A stretch of 64,000 bases of DNA from Tubiluchus corallicola (GCA_030141605.1 JAQGDQ010002392.1:1-64000), one strand, 5' to 3'. Shown: positions 47,798-58,763, counted from the stretch's first letter. Notes: generated by a model from the letters alone, not told the origin. Made by a program: numbers and translations.

Positions 47798-48856
47798 TTA
47801 TTCGCATTCTTCTAAATATATTTTTGCTTCTTTTGCTCCTAAGTCTGCTGCTTTTTGCCAATCGTTACAAGCTTGTTCTCTTTTATTCAGCTCTTCGTAG
47901 GCAATGCCTCTATTGACATAAGAGTAAGGATATTCAGAGTTTACTTCAATTGCTTTATCAAAGTGTTTTATGGCTTCTTGATATTTTTTTTGTTTTATTT
48001 TTGCATTACCTATGTTGTTTGTCGCAAAGACGTAGTTATTATCCAAAGAAATTGCTTCTTCAAAATCTTTGATAGCTTCCTCGTAATTTTTATTTTCAAA
48101 TTTTGCACAACCTCTATTGTTGTATGCTATATGATAATCGCTTTTCAAGGCAATAGCTTTTGTATAATTTTCTATAGCTTTTTCGTATTGTTTTAGTTTT
48201 CTTTGCGTACTCCCTATATTGTTGTAAGTTACAGCTAATTTAGGGTCTAATTGTACAGCTTTTTCGTAATCTATTATGGCTTCCTCATACAATTCCAATT
48301 TTCTTTTGGCACTGCCTCTATCGTTGTATGCTATTGCCGACTCTGGGTCTAACTCTATACATTTGTCTAAGTTCTTTAACGATTCTGTATAGTTTGTATT
48401 TTGAAAATAAAGTATTCCAAGATTGTAGTATGTATCTGCATCTTCGACTCCTTTTTCTACTGCATAGGAATAATCTGATAAAGCATTATCTATATCGTCT
48501 AATCTTTGGTAGGATTTTGCACGGTTAGAGTATGCACTTAACATATTGTTGTCTAAACTTATTGCTTTTGTGAAACTTTCTATGGCTTTAGTATATTCCT
48601 CCAATAGCAAGTATATGGCTCCAATGTTATAGTGTGCTTCCACAAAATCAGGTTCATGCAAAATAGTTTCTTCAAACAATGCTAATGCTGCTTGATAGTC
48701 TTTGGCTTCGAACTCAACAATTCCTTTATTGTATGCTACTTGTGCTTCTTGGTTTTCTGCAACCATTTCAGTCTGAACTTGCTGTGAATAAGTAAACATA
48801 AAATTTAAGAAAACTAAATGTGTAAGTAAAGGTATTTTTATTTTCATTCTTAACAT
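47798..48856 (-). CDS. Secreted tetratricopeptide repeat protein
   Basis: About 9 TPR units (AYNNRG, AIKDFEEAI), terminal ACNDWQKAADLG. Confidence 0.88.
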   Translation of the reverse strand: MLRMKIKIPLLTHLVFLNFMFTYSQQVQTEMVAENQEAQVAYNKGIVEFEAKDYQAALALFEETILHEPDFVEAHYNIGAIYLLLEEYTKAIESFTKAISLDNNMLSAYSNRAKSYQRLDDIDNALSDYSYAVEKGVEDADTYYNLGILYFQNTNYTESLKNLDKCIELDPESAIAYNDRGSAKRKLELYEEAIIDYEKAVQLDPKLAVTYNNIGSTQRKLKQYEKAIENYTKAIALKSDYHIAYNNRGCAKFENKNYEEAIKDFEEAISLDNNYVFATNNIGNAKIKQKKYQEAIKHFDKAIEVNSEYPYSYVNRGIAYEELNKREQACNDWQKAADLGAKEAKIYLEECE

Positions 48857-49060
48857 TAAATAAATTAAAAATAGGAGGCAAATTTACATAAAATTTTCTT
48901 AACCTCAAAACTTTAAGAAATTATACTACCTTAACAATCAGATTAGTAATTATAATTTTGCCAGTATTTGTTTATAAGATTAAACAGGCTTTTAGGTTTA
49001 TAATTTCAGTTGTAGGCTACGAAAATAATAAAGTCAAACAAGTATGTAATTCCCCGCTTT

Positions 49061-50452
49061 TTAGTTGTATTTACTTCCCAGTTTCACCATAAATTGAAAA
49101 GCTTCTTTATAATTGTTTTTTATCTTTCCTTCTAATATGGCTTCTTTGATGCTATTTTTTATTATCCCTACTTCTCTTGAAGGTTTTAAGTTAAGGGTTT
49201 TCATTATTATTTCACCTGTAATAGGAGGTTGAAAGTTTCTTATTCTATCTTTTTCTTCTATTTCTTTTAGTTTTCTGCGGACTATTTTAAAATTATTTAA
49301 ATACCGTTCAACTTTGTTGTTATTTTTAGAAGTAATATCTGCCTCACACAGTGTCATTAGGTCATTTATATCATTCCCAGCTTCGAAAAGTAATCTACGT
49401 ATAGCCGAATCTGTTACTGTATCTTTTACTAAGGCAATAGGTCGTAGGTGCAGTTTTACTAACTTCCGAATATATTTAAGTTTTTCATTTAGTGGTAGTT
49501 TCAATTTTTTAAAAATATTAGGTAGCATCTTTGCACCTATATAGTCGTGCGAATGGAAGGTCCAGCCAACATTTTCTTCAAACTTTTTTGTCTGTGGCTT
49601 AGCAATATCGTGTAGTAAAGCAGCCCAACGCAGCCATAAACTATTAGTATTCAAACTTATTTGGTCTAATACTTTCAAGGTATGATAAAAATTATCTTTG
49701 TGACTGATGTTGTTAACAGTTTCTATTCCTTTAAGTTTTTCCAACTCTGGAAATATAATACCTAACAAACCTGTTTTGCCCAATAACTTAAAACCTATGG
49801 ATGGTGTAGGGGACAAAATCACTTTGTTGAGTTCATCGGTTATTCTCTCTTGTGATACTATTTTTATCCTATCCTTATTTTTTGCTATGCCTTGTAATGT
49901 CTTTTCCTCTATGCTAAAATTGAGTTGAGTTGCAAACCTTATAGCTCGCATCATTCTTAGAGGGTCATCAGAGAAGGTTGTATCTGGATTTAAAGGAGTT
50001 TTTATTATCTTCCTTCGTAAGTCGCTTACCCCTCCGAAGGGGTCTATTAGTTCTCCATAGTTTTGTTGATTAAGACTAATGGCAAGAGTATTAATGGTAA
50101 AATCTCTTCGGTTTTGGTCGTCTTCTAAACTACCATTCTCTACTATAGGATTGCGCGAATGTCGTTGGTACGATTCTTTTCTTGCTCCAACAAATTCAAC
50201 ATCTATATCTTTGTATTGGAACATTGCTGTACCAAAGTTTTTGAAACGAGTTACTCTAAATACTTTAAGTTTTTGAGCTACTTGCTTCGCAAAACCTATT
50301 CCATTGCCTACAATTACAAAATCTATATCTTTGGATTCTCTTTTTAGTAGTAAATCTCTCACATAACCACCTATTGCATAGGTTTCTATTTGTTGTTTTT
50401 CTACTACTTCTTTTATGGCCTGAAACAATGGAGTATCTAAGTCTACTTTCAT
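49061..50452 (-). CDS. cca: CCA tRNA nucleotidyltransferase / HD-domain protein
   Basis: [33 protein letters not shown]. Confidence 0.9.
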   Translation of the reverse strand: MKVDLDTPLFQAIKEVVEKQQIETYAIGGYVRDLLLKRESKDIDFVIVGNGIGFAKQVAQKLKVFRVTRFKNFGTAMFQYKDIDVEFVGARKESYQRHSRNPIVENGSLEDDQNRRDFTINTLAISLNQQNYGELIDPFGGVSDLRRKIIKTPLNPDTTFSDDPLRMMRAIRFATQLNFSIEEKTLQGIAKNKDRIKIVSQERITDELNKVILSPTPSIGFKLLGKTGLLGIIFPELEKLKGIETVNNISHKDNFYHTLKVLDQISLNTNSLWLRWAALLHDIAKPQTKKFEENVGWTFHSHDYIGAKMLPNIFKKLKLPLNEKLKYIRKLVKLHLRPIALVKDTVTDSAIRRLLFEAGNDINDLMTLCEADITSKNNNKVERYLNNFKIVRRKLKEIEEKDRIRNFQPPITGEIIMKTLNLKPSREVGIIKNSIKEAILEGKIKNNYKEAFQFMVKLGSKYN

Positions 50453-50727
50453 TTACACATAATATTTCTACAAAAGTAATATATTATATCTTATCAAAAG
50501 ATATACGAGGCTAAATAGTAAAAATCAATAATATACTTTTTTTACCCTCTTGTTTTTAGTTTTCCTCTGCTGCTTTCGACTGCTCTCATTTCTACATTGT
50601 AGATGGCTCGAGACCTCTTTTATTGTTTTTTCATTTTCTCAAATATTCTCAAAAACCCTTTCGAAACTACTGTTTTCATTGATTTACAGAAAAACCTAAA
50701 TTTCATCAAATAACATAAAATATCAAA

Positions 50728-50766
50728 AATCTTGCCCCTAATCTTGCCCCCAATCTTGCCCCCAAT
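50728..50766 (+). repeat. 3 x 12-bp direct repeat upstream of the integrase (probable arm-type sites)
   Basis: aatcttgcccct aatcttgccccc aatcttgccccc aat; TACCTTTG promoter box at 50779-50786. Confidence 0.7.
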
Positions 50767-50808
50767 AAAAGAATATATTACCTTTGTTTTTGATAAAATT
50801 TCAATACA

Positions 50809-52140
50809 ATGAAAAATCTAAAATTCAATCTGAAAGACAGTAGCACAGACAAAAAAACCCTTATTTTTATGAGGGCAAGTATCAATAGGCAACTATTTAA
50901 ATATAGCACAGGGCAAAAAATACTACCTCAACTTTGGGATACCAATACCCAACGTCCCACAAAAGATACTAAACTACTTAGAAAACACAGCAAGCAAAAC
51001 CCTACTTTAAGAAATGAACTAAGAGACCTAAACACTATCTTAAACAGGCACGAGCAAGCATTTTTTAAGGCTCACAGTTATTTAACACAACAGGGAGAAA
51101 CACCTACACCACAAAACATAAAATATTTATTAGACAAAGAACTTAAACCAGAGACACAGAACAAAGGAAAAGATAAAAACATTACTCTAAACACATTTAT
51201 TGACAACTTTATAAAAGGTTTAGAAAACGGCACAGTTCTAACAGAGAAAGGAAAATTATACACCAAAGGAACTATAAAAGTATACAAAGGCTTTCAAAGT
51301 CAATTCAACGAACTACAAACAAAAACAAGACGCAAATATAACTTTGAGCATATTACTATTGACTTCTACGATAGATTTGTTCAATTCTTTATCAATAAAA
51401 ACTACAGCCTTAATACCATAGGCAAACTAACTACACGGTTAAAAAAGATAATGAGAGAAGCTCACGAACAAGGGCTACACAACAATGCTGAATATGAACG
51501 TAAAAAGTTTAAAGTACTTTCTCAACCTGTTTACAACATCTACCTTACAGAAGAAGAAACACAGCGATTACACGATTTAGACCTAAGCTCAAAACCACAT
51601 TTAGAAAAGGCAAGAGATATTTTCTTAGTAGGATGCTATACAGCTCAAAGAGTATCTGACTACAAAAGAATAGAAAAGAAACACATTAAAAAACTGGGCA
51701 ACAATAAGTTTTTAGAAATACACCAACAAAAAACAGGCGAAAGGGTATTTGTGCCTTTACATCCCCAATGTTTAGAACTCTTAGAAAAATACGACTATAA
51801 ATTACCTCAAATGCAGGAACAGAAAATAAATGACTATATCAAAAGAGTAGGTAAAATAGCAGAAATAAACGATACTATAACCACAGAAAAAACCAAAGGA
51901 GGTTTAAAACTTCAAGCCTCACAACCTAAATATGAGCTTATACAAACCCATACAGCCCGAAGAACAGGAGCTACCAATATGTATTTAGCAGGTATTCCTA
52001 CTATTGATATAATGAAAATAACAGGACATAGAACAGAAAGTAATCTACTACGATATATCAACGTAACCAAAGAAGAAACAGCAGAAAAATTAGCCTCACA
52101 CCCTTATTTCAACAAAGCAAAAATGAAAGTTGTATCTTAG
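50809..52140 (+). CDS. Tyrosine site-specific integrase
   Basis: N-terminal arm-binding region, catalytic R (AQRVSD), K (QQKT), HTARR, GH and Y. Confidence 0.93.
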   Translation: MKNLKFNLKDSSTDKKTLIFMRASINRQLFKYSTGQKILPQLWDTNTQRPTKDTKLLRKHSKQNPTLRNELRDLNTILNRHEQAFFKAHSYLTQQGETPTPQNIKYLLDKELKPETQNKGKDKNITLNTFIDNFIKGLENGTVLTEKGKLYTKGTIKVYKGFQSQFNELQTKTRRKYNFEHITIDFYDRFVQFFINKNYSLNTIGKLTTRLKKIMREAHEQGLHNNAEYERKKFKVLSQPVYNIYLTEEETQRLHDLDLSSKPHLEKARDIFLVGCYTAQRVSDYKRIEKKHIKKLGNNKFLEIHQQKTGERVFVPLHPQCLELLEKYDYKLPQMQEQKINDYIKRVGKIAEINDTITTEKTKGGLKLQASQPKYELIQTHTARRTGATNMYLAGIPTIDIMKITGHRTESNLLRYINVTKEETAEKLASHPYFNKAKMKVVS

Positions 52141-52172
52141 TCAAAAATGTAAAAGACGTATTAAAGAAACGA

Positions 52173-52409
52173 ATGATAGAATATAAAAATACTATTCGTA
52201 CGCAGTTACCTAAAATTTACAATCAAAACCTATTCAAAAACCCTTATACTAAGATTGATTTTTTAGCCAGCGATTTAGATATTACACGACAAACAGCAAG
52301 TAACTATTTAGATATGATTAGCGAACTCAACTTATTAGAAAAAATCAAAGTAGGAAAAAGCAATTACTATATCAACCACCAACTTTTAGATACATTGGTA
52401 AACGTATGA
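52173..52409 (+). pseudogene. C-terminal HTH fragment of a Fic-family protein
   Basis: LFKNPYTKI...TRQTASNYL...LEKIKVGKSNYYIN matches Fic C-termini; no Fic catalytic motif. Confidence 0.65.
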
Positions 52410-52558
52410 TAATGTATTAAAAAATGCTAATGTGTTAAAGAAATGTGATTTTCTTAACATAAGAAAAGTGATATGTTAAAATAACCAACATTTAAATTTA
52501 CTCTATTTCTATGAAATAAGAAAATGAAAAACATTCTAAAGACTTCCTTAACTTAAAA

Positions 52559-53044
52559 ATGGAACTACAACAAATAGAACAAAAAATATTTGAAATACGA
52601 GGACAAAAAGTAATGCTTGATTTTGACCTTGCAGAGCTTTATGAAGTAGAAACAAAAAGGCTAAAAGAAGCCGTTAGGAGAAACATCAACCGTTTCCCTT
52701 CTGATTTTATGTTTGAACTTTCAAAAAAAGAGTTTAAACCTTTGAGGACGCAATTTGCGTCCTCAAAAAAAGGAGGTATAAGATATATGCCTTTTGCTTT
52801 TACAGAACAAGGTGTTGCAATGCTTACAAGCATATTAAATAGTCCTAAAGCGATAGAAGTAAATATACAGATTGTAAGAGCTTTTGTATTTATTAGGCAA
52901 TATGCACTAACTCACAAAGACTTAACAGAAAAATTAAAAGAATTAGAAAACAAATACGACCAAAAATTTAATGACGTTACAGAAGTCTTAAACTACTTAC
53001 TACAAAAAGACAAACAAGAAACCAAATTTAAAAAAAGAAAATAG
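52559..53044 (+). CDS. ORF6N-domain DNA-binding protein
   Basis: IRGQKVMLDFDLAELYEVET, VRRNINRFPSDFMF, PFAFTEQGVAML. Confidence 0.9.
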   Translation: MELQQIEQKIFEIRGQKVMLDFDLAELYEVETKRLKEAVRRNINRFPSDFMFELSKKEFKPLRTQFASSKKGGIRYMPFAFTEQGVAMLTSILNSPKAIEVNIQIVRAFVFIRQYALTHKDLTEKLKELENKYDQKFNDVTEVLNYLLQKDKQETKFKKRK

Positions 53045-53078
53045 GTTTTAAAACAAAATAAAAACACCTTAAATTTAA

Positions 53079-53858
53079 TTGAAAATGAAAACTTTCACCC
53101 TTTCTCTAAAAAATGTGCGAAACCTTCTTAAAATAGTAAAAGGAGAAGTAACCAGTTTAAGGGCTATACAACCACAAGACAACTGTATAATGGAGATGAT
53201 AGACGAAAGTCAATTTCAAAGAGGAGCAGCAAACAGAGAAGAAAACCAAACTCTTGTAGATGAACTTAAAGATGTTTGCAGCGAAGCGATGACAGAAATA
53301 GAAATTTGCATAAGCGATAGAGAAAGATTATTACCCAGTATAAAAAACTTGCATAAATACTTATTAGAATATGCTCAATTATATAAAGAAAAAGACTTTG
53401 TTTCTAATTACTATCTATACTACACCAAACATTATCCTATAATAGAAGTAAAAGAATTTTTAGAGGACATTATAAAACAAACAGGTTTAGACACAGAAAA
53501 CACCCAAGACCTCCGCATACCCACCAACCAAAGTAAAGAAGAGGTAGAAGCTTACTTTATGAGACTTACCCAAGTAGAAGGAATAACAGAAAAAGATGTA
53601 ACAAATATTTTGGGAACTTATTTTAGAGGCTTTGAAAAAAGAACATTGCACCGAAAGCTTACTCCTATTTGTAAGCAAAATGATTTGTGTTGTTTTATGC
53701 AAAAGTTTTACAAACAGGAAACTTATACTAACAGCCAAGATAAATATGCAGAAATATTAAAAAAATCATTTAATCTTTTCCAAAAAACTCAATTAAAAAC
53801 AATAAAAGAAATTATGAGCCATACAAATAATTCAAAACCTAAGAATTACCCTTTTTAA
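53079..53858 (+). CDS. Hypothetical protein
   Basis: 259-aa ORF co-oriented within the element; no motif recognised. Confidence 0.65.
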   Translation: MKMKTFTLSLKNVRNLLKIVKGEVTSLRAIQPQDNCIMEMIDESQFQRGAANREENQTLVDELKDVCSEAMTEIEICISDRERLLPSIKNLHKYLLEYAQLYKEKDFVSNYYLYYTKHYPIIEVKEFLEDIIKQTGLDTENTQDLRIPTNQSKEEVEAYFMRLTQVEGITEKDVTNILGTYFRGFEKRTLHRKLTPICKQNDLCCFMQKFYKQETYTNSQDKYAEILKKSFNLFQKTQLKTIKEIMSHTNNSKPKNYPF

Positions 53859-53886
53859 CTTATTTTCTCCTTTAAATCACAAAAAA

Positions 53887-53937
53887 ACTACAACACTACA
53901 ATAAACGATACAAAAAACGATACAACACTACAATAAA
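53887..53937. repeat. Short direct repeats upstream of the Xis-like gene
   Basis: tacaacactacaataaa x2 and aaacgatacaa x2. Confidence 0.55.
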
Positions 53938-53993
53938 TTTTCTCACCCTGTAACATCTCGTTAAACTTGTCTAAATTTTAAAAGTTTAACCCG

Positions 53994-54278
53994 ATGAGAC
54001 ATATCCAAATAGAAAACCTCACCGTAGAGGAACTCAAAGAAATAATAGCCCAAGAGGTAAAGAACAATATCCCTCAACCACAAGAGAAGAAAACCCCTAA
54101 CTATCTTACCCGTGAGCAAGTAGCAAATTTACTGAATGTAACTTTTCCTACCCTCAACCGATGGGCAAAACAAGGCATACTACCCACCTACCGAATAGGT
54201 AATAGGGTATTATACAAGTCTGATGAGGTGCATACCTGCATACAAGAAATACCCAATATCAAATACCAAAGAAAATAG
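53994..54278 (+). CDS. Excisionase-like HTH_17 protein
   Basis: YLTREQVANLLNVTFPTLNRW...IGNRVLYK. Confidence 0.85.
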   Translation: MRHIQIENLTVEELKEIIAQEVKNNIPQPQEKKTPNYLTREQVANLLNVTFPTLNRWAKQGILPTYRIGNRVLYKSDEVHTCIQEIPNIKYQRK

Positions 54279-54300
54279 ATAACTAAACTACGAGAATAAA

Positions 54301-54336
54301 AAAACAGAGACTGTTTTAACGGGTAGCCTCTGTTTT
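54301..54336 (+). terminator. Hairpin between the xis-like and rep-like genes
   Basis: AAAACAGAG...CTCTGTTTT. Confidence 0.5.
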
Positions 54337-54395
54337 AACTTAAAATCTTTTATGCAAAAAGTAACACTCTTTTTACATCTACAAAGGTACAAAAA

Positions 54396-55631
54396 ATGAT
54401 TGACTTTGTAAAAATATATGTAGATAAAAACCATAAAAAAGTTCTACTTGATAGGTTAAGAACTCTCACTACCACAAGGGACGAAAAAGTTAATACCTCT
54501 ACGGGTGAGGAATTAGAAATAAGAGCCAAGTATAAGAACCTTACTTTTATCTTCAAAGAAACTTATCCTTTTATCATCATCATAGGAAGCCTACACAAGT
54601 ATTTCAATGAAGGACATCACAACTACAATAACTTCTCATACACCGACCTTGTAAAAACCATTAACGACCTTTGCGAAACCTTCAACCTGCCTCCGCAAGA
54701 TTGTAGAATACACAACATAGAATTTTCTATCAATGTTACTGCTCAACTACCTGTTACTTTTCTTTTAAACTCCGTAATCAATTACAAAGGCAAAGAAGCC
54801 GACATAGAGAAAGGAGATGATAAATACTTCATAGAATTTAAGAGAGAGCAATATTCTGTAAAGTTATACAACAAAGGACTGCAATATCAAAAGATGCACA
54901 ACTACCAAGACTACAAAAACATCTTTCGCTTAGAAATTAAGGTTAAGAAGATGCAGTATCTTAGAGATAAAGGAATAAAGATATTTACCCTTGCTGACTT
55001 TAACAAACATAGTAAGATAAAGGCTCTTGCCTCTCTACTTATAAAGTCTTTTGGTTATGTTCTTATGTATGACAACACTCTTGATGATGATTTTCTCACC
55101 ACTCTACCACAAAGAGAGCAGAACTTATTAAGAGATGGTAGAAATCCAAAATACTGGGGGAGGCTAAAAGAAACACTCAACTACAATACATACAAAAGCA
55201 GAGTAAAGAGGTTTAGAGCCTTACAAAAGAAATACAATCAAAACACCTACCACACTACAACTTTATCATTAATAAAAGAGAAATGCCAAAAACTTTTAGG
55301 TATAGAACAGCAAGATGGACAACAAACAGAATTACAACCCAAAATATCAACAGAACTCACCACCTCCAAAGACAAAAACACTGACACAACCAAACACCCT
55401 GAAAAACAAAACTTTACAGATGAAAATGTAGAAAAGCAAAACAGTAACTTCACCCATTCTTACCCTATACTTAAAGAGAAAAAAAGGGTGAAGTTTAGAA
55501 AACAGGTTACTTATCTACAAGATAAGACAATTATCCCTCACCTACTAAGGCAGTACAACACCCAAACGAATAGCACACACCACCCCAACAACCACATCAC
55601 AAACCACCCTAAACTGTTATATCCTCCGTAA
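54396..55631 (+). CDS. Putative replication initiator of the element
   Basis: MIDFVKI start, GSLHKY...HNYNNF, NIEFSIN, KLYNK and RLEIK motifs reminiscent of Rep_trans-like phage/plasmid proteins; follows xis. Confidence 0.6.
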   Translation: MIDFVKIYVDKNHKKVLLDRLRTLTTTRDEKVNTSTGEELEIRAKYKNLTFIFKETYPFIIIIGSLHKYFNEGHHNYNNFSYTDLVKTINDLCETFNLPPQDCRIHNIEFSINVTAQLPVTFLLNSVINYKGKEADIEKGDDKYFIEFKREQYSVKLYNKGLQYQKMHNYQDYKNIFRLEIKVKKMQYLRDKGIKIFTLADFNKHSKIKALASLLIKSFGYVLMYDNTLDDDFLTTLPQREQNLLRDGRNPKYWGRLKETLNYNTYKSRVKRFRALQKKYNQNTYHTTTLSLIKEKCQKLLGIEQQDGQQTELQPKISTELTTSKDKNTDTTKHPEKQNFTDENVEKQNSNFTHSYPILKEKKRVKFRKQVTYLQDKTIIPHLLRQYNTQTNSTHHPNNHITNHPKLLYPP

Positions 55632-55868
55632 GAGAAACTCCAACAAATTACATACATACTATATCCAATATTTTAATTTTACTAACATTATCCTTTTGGA
55701 TAGAATAGTGCTAAGTTTTACTTTTTTATTTTTTAATTTTACAACTTATTGTATTACATTTGCTTTATACATACATTGTAAAAAAACTAAAACATAAAAC
55801 TATATGACTTAAAAACACTATTTAAACTATTAAAATAACAAAATTAATAAGCAATAGCTTATATTCTT

Positions 55869-55994
55869 GTTTGTAAAAACTGGTAATTTTTAATTCCCAC
55901 ACAAGAATAGTAAGTATAGCAAGGGCTGTATTTGTGGGAAGGGTATACCAGTACCTTACAAACGGATAAGTTACAGTTCCTTGCTTATTTTTTG
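55869..55994 (+). ncRNA. Structured RNA element, copy D (same family as 15.4-16.1 kb)
   Basis: GTTTGTAA/TTACAAAC, ACTGGTA/TACCAGT, TTCCCACA/TGTGGGAA; AGCAAGGGCTGTA pairs with TACAGTTCCTTGCT before a T-run; core GGGTATACCAGTACCTTACAAACGGATAAGT. Confidence 0.6.
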
Positions 55995-56061
55995 TCCACA
56001 CTTTTTTATTTTTTATCTTCTTTGGAACTGGGGAGAGTAAAACTAAAACATTACTCTACTT

Positions 56062-56272
56062 ATGAAAAAAAGAAGAACATCCCAACATTCAACTCCTTAT
56101 CAAACTACTCTATGCACGAATAGCAGAAATTAACCTCTGCATAAAACAGACCTCCGACAACAAAACACAACGCTACCTGCAAGAACTCAAAGACATTTAC
56201 AAACTGGATATAGGCAACCTCACCTATTTTCTTACCCAATACATCATCATCAAACACAAAAAGAAACAATAA
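56062..56272 (+). pseudogene. Small protein A, copy 1 (+1 frameshift in an A7 run after the ATG)
   Basis: Removing one A gives MKKEEHPNIQLLIKLLYARIAEINLCIKQTSDNKTQRYLQELKDIYKL..., homologous to the 61564-61881 product. Confidence 0.65.
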
Positions 56273-56293
56273 CCCCTTAAAACCCCTAACCCT

Positions 56294-56530
56294 ATGAACC
56301 TCAAAAAAGAAGTAAAAAGAATAGATACCATTATAGATTGTTTAGAATTTATATTACAACTACAAGAACGCTGTATATCCACCCAAGCCTTACAAGACCT
56401 TATTATGAAACACCTAAAAACCAAGTACAAACTACAACCCGATGAAATAGACGGACTTTTTGCACCCGATACACAATATTTACTGCAATTATATAAGAAG
56501 GGAACAAAAAAGCAAAAAATTGTATTTTAA
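56294..56530 (+). CDS. Small protein B, copy 1
   Basis: MNLKKEVKRIDTIIDCLEFILQLQERCIST; near-identical paralog at 61893. Confidence 0.7.
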   Translation: MNLKKEVKRIDTIIDCLEFILQLQERCISTQALQDLIMKHLKTKYKLQPDEIDGLFAPDTQYLLQLYKKGTKKQKIVF

Positions 56531-56579
56531 TGTTGTAACTAAATTATTTATTTTTACAGAAAATAAAACACGCCCACTT

Positions 56580-58628
56580 ATGCAACGACTTAAAGGAACA
56601 CTTACCGAAATAGAAAATACACTACTCCCTCACTACAAAGATAAAAAGGGCAAATTATTTAAAACCCAAATACAACAAGACGTAGAGGAAGACAAAGAAA
56701 CACTATTACAACTACTCATAGACAACCCAAAGCTAAAAACTATCTTTTTCAAAGAAGTAGGTAATACATTAGTATTTTGCAAAGAAAAATTTATGAGCTG
56801 TCTTATTCACAAAGAGTTTCTCCCTTCATCTTACACCCAATATAGTGGCAGTGTCGGTTTGTCCGATGGCAACTCTTTTCTCAAACAACGCAAAGAAGTA
56901 GTTCTCAACTTCCCACACAAAGACTGCATACTAGAAGGCGGACAAACCAAAGACCAACAAAAACTACAAGAGATATTCTACCACGAAACACTCGCCAACG
57001 ATGAAATAGACCAACTACTTGCCCCCAAAGTATTGACCAACACTGTGAAGCACGAATACAAAAACGGCAAACTTACAGCAACTCCACACCCCAGTTTTAA
57101 CCACCACGACAACCTTATCATCAAAGGCAACAACCTCATAGCCCTACACACTCTAAAACAACGCTACAAAGGGCAAGTAAAACTTATATACATAGACCCA
57201 CCATATAACACAGGTAATGATAGCTTTAACTACAACGATAGGTTCAACCACGCCTCTTGGCTTACTTTTATGAAAAACCGACTGCAAGTAGCAAGGGAAC
57301 TACTCAAAGAAGACGGGGTAATATTTGTGCAATGCGATGACAACGAACAAGCCTACTTAAAGATATTAATGGATGAAGTTTTTGGAAGGGAGAATTTTGT
57401 TAATTTAATTACCATAAAAACTAAATTGGCAGGTGTTTCTGGAAGTTCAGAAGGGAATAGTCTTCAAGATAATTGCGAATATGTCAATTTTTATGTAAAA
57501 AAAAGAAATAGTTTTAAAATAGAAGAAGTTATTTCGGATAAAATAGAGTTATTAGACTTTATAGAGAGCTTCAAAGTGGAAAATAAAAGTTGGAAATACA
57601 CAACTGTATTAGAAGAAGTTGATAATGGAGAATATTATAAATCAATAGATGCGGGAAACGGAGAAGAAATTAAGATTTTTAAGCACAAAAAATATTCCTT
57701 TAAATCTATTAACAAAATAGCAAAAGAAAAATATAATAATGACTTAGGAAAAGCTTACTATGGAGAAATTAATAAAGTTTTTAGAACTACAAATGCACAG
57801 TCTTCAATTAGACAAAGAATACTTAACGAACAACTTGAAGGTGAATTAATAAGTATTGAATATACTCCTATAAAAGGCAGGAATAAGGGTAAAATAACAA
57901 AACTGTATTATAAAGATAAAATAAGAAATTTAATTACATTTCTATCTGATGTAGTTTTAATAAAAGAAGACAAAATATATAAATTAGAAAAAAAAGGAAC
58001 ACTTTGGGATACGATAAATTACAATAATATCACAAAAGATGGTACAGTGAAATTTGAAAATGGTAAAAAACCCGAAGTCTTACTCCAAACAATATTACAA
58101 CTCTCTACTAAAGAAAACGACCTTGTGTTAGACTTCTTTGCAGGCAGTGGCACAACAGCAGCCGTAGCCCACAAAATGGGTAGGCAGTATATAGGCATAG
58201 AACAAATGGACTATATAGACACCATAACCAAAGTGCGACTACAAAAAGTAATACAAGGCGAGCAAGGAGGCATAAGCAAGGCAGTAAAGTGGCAAGGCGG
58301 AGGCAGTTTTACCTATGTAGAATTGGCACAATACAACCAAAAATACATCACCCTCATACAACAAACCCAAGACAAAGAAACCCTCCGCACTGTGAAACAA
58401 GACTTGCAAGACCACGCCTTCATCCGTTACGAGGTAAAAGATGAAAAACTCTTTACCCACGAGGCAGACTTTGACAACCTCACCTTAGAAGAGCAAAAAG
58501 AACTACTTATCCGCACCCTTGACAAAAACCAACTCTATATACCCTATAGCGAAATAGACGATAGTACCTACAACATAAGTGAAGAAGACAAAAAATTTAA
58601 TGCACAGTTTTACAACAGGAGTAAATAA
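56580..58628 (+). CDS. mod: Type III R-M methyltransferase Mod
   Basis: YIDPPYNTG, DFFAGSGTT, GEQGGISK; adjacent to res; ATG at 56580 preferred to the TTG at 56460. Confidence 0.92.
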   Translation: MQRLKGTLTEIENTLLPHYKDKKGKLFKTQIQQDVEEDKETLLQLLIDNPKLKTIFFKEVGNTLVFCKEKFMSCLIHKEFLPSSYTQYSGSVGLSDGNSFLKQRKEVVLNFPHKDCILEGGQTKDQQKLQEIFYHETLANDEIDQLLAPKVLTNTVKHEYKNGKLTATPHPSFNHHDNLIIKGNNLIALHTLKQRYKGQVKLIYIDPPYNTGNDSFNYNDRFNHASWLTFMKNRLQVARELLKEDGVIFVQCDDNEQAYLKILMDEVFGRENFVNLITIKTKLAGVSGSSEGNSLQDNCEYVNFYVKKRNSFKIEEVISDKIELLDFIESFKVENKSWKYTTVLEEVDNGEYYKSIDAGNGEEIKIFKHKKYSFKSINKIAKEKYNNDLGKAYYGEINKVFRTTNAQSSIRQRILNEQLEGELISIEYTPIKGRNKGKITKLYYKDKIRNLITFLSDVVLIKEDKIYKLEKKGTLWDTINYNNITKDGTVKFENGKKPEVLLQTILQLSTKENDLVLDFFAGSGTTAAVAHKMGRQYIGIEQMDYIDTITKVRLQKVIQGEQGGISKAVKWQGGGSFTYVELAQYNQKYITLIQQTQDKETLRTVKQDLQDHAFIRYEVKDEKLFTHEADFDNLTLEEQKELLIRTLDKNQLYIPYSEIDDSTYNISEEDKKFNAQFYNRSK

Positions 58629-58643
58629 CTTAACTAAGACCTT

Positions 58644-58763
58644 ATGAAAAAAGAACATATAACATCATTCTTTGAGCAGAAAAACGGCTATCATTTTGTT
58701 GATACCAACGAAATGACAAGTCTCTCGCAAGACACTGCAAATCAGCAGCATAAGGCACATTAA
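58644..58763 (+). pseudogene. 39-aa remnant, possibly an internally deleted dinD-like gene
   Basis: MKKEHITSFFEQ...HFVDTNEM resembles DinD N-terminal segments. Confidence 0.3.

Noticed and set aside
56460-56579. TTG-initiated N-terminal extension of Mod
   Set aside because: Overlaps small gene B; the ATG at 56580 is more plausible
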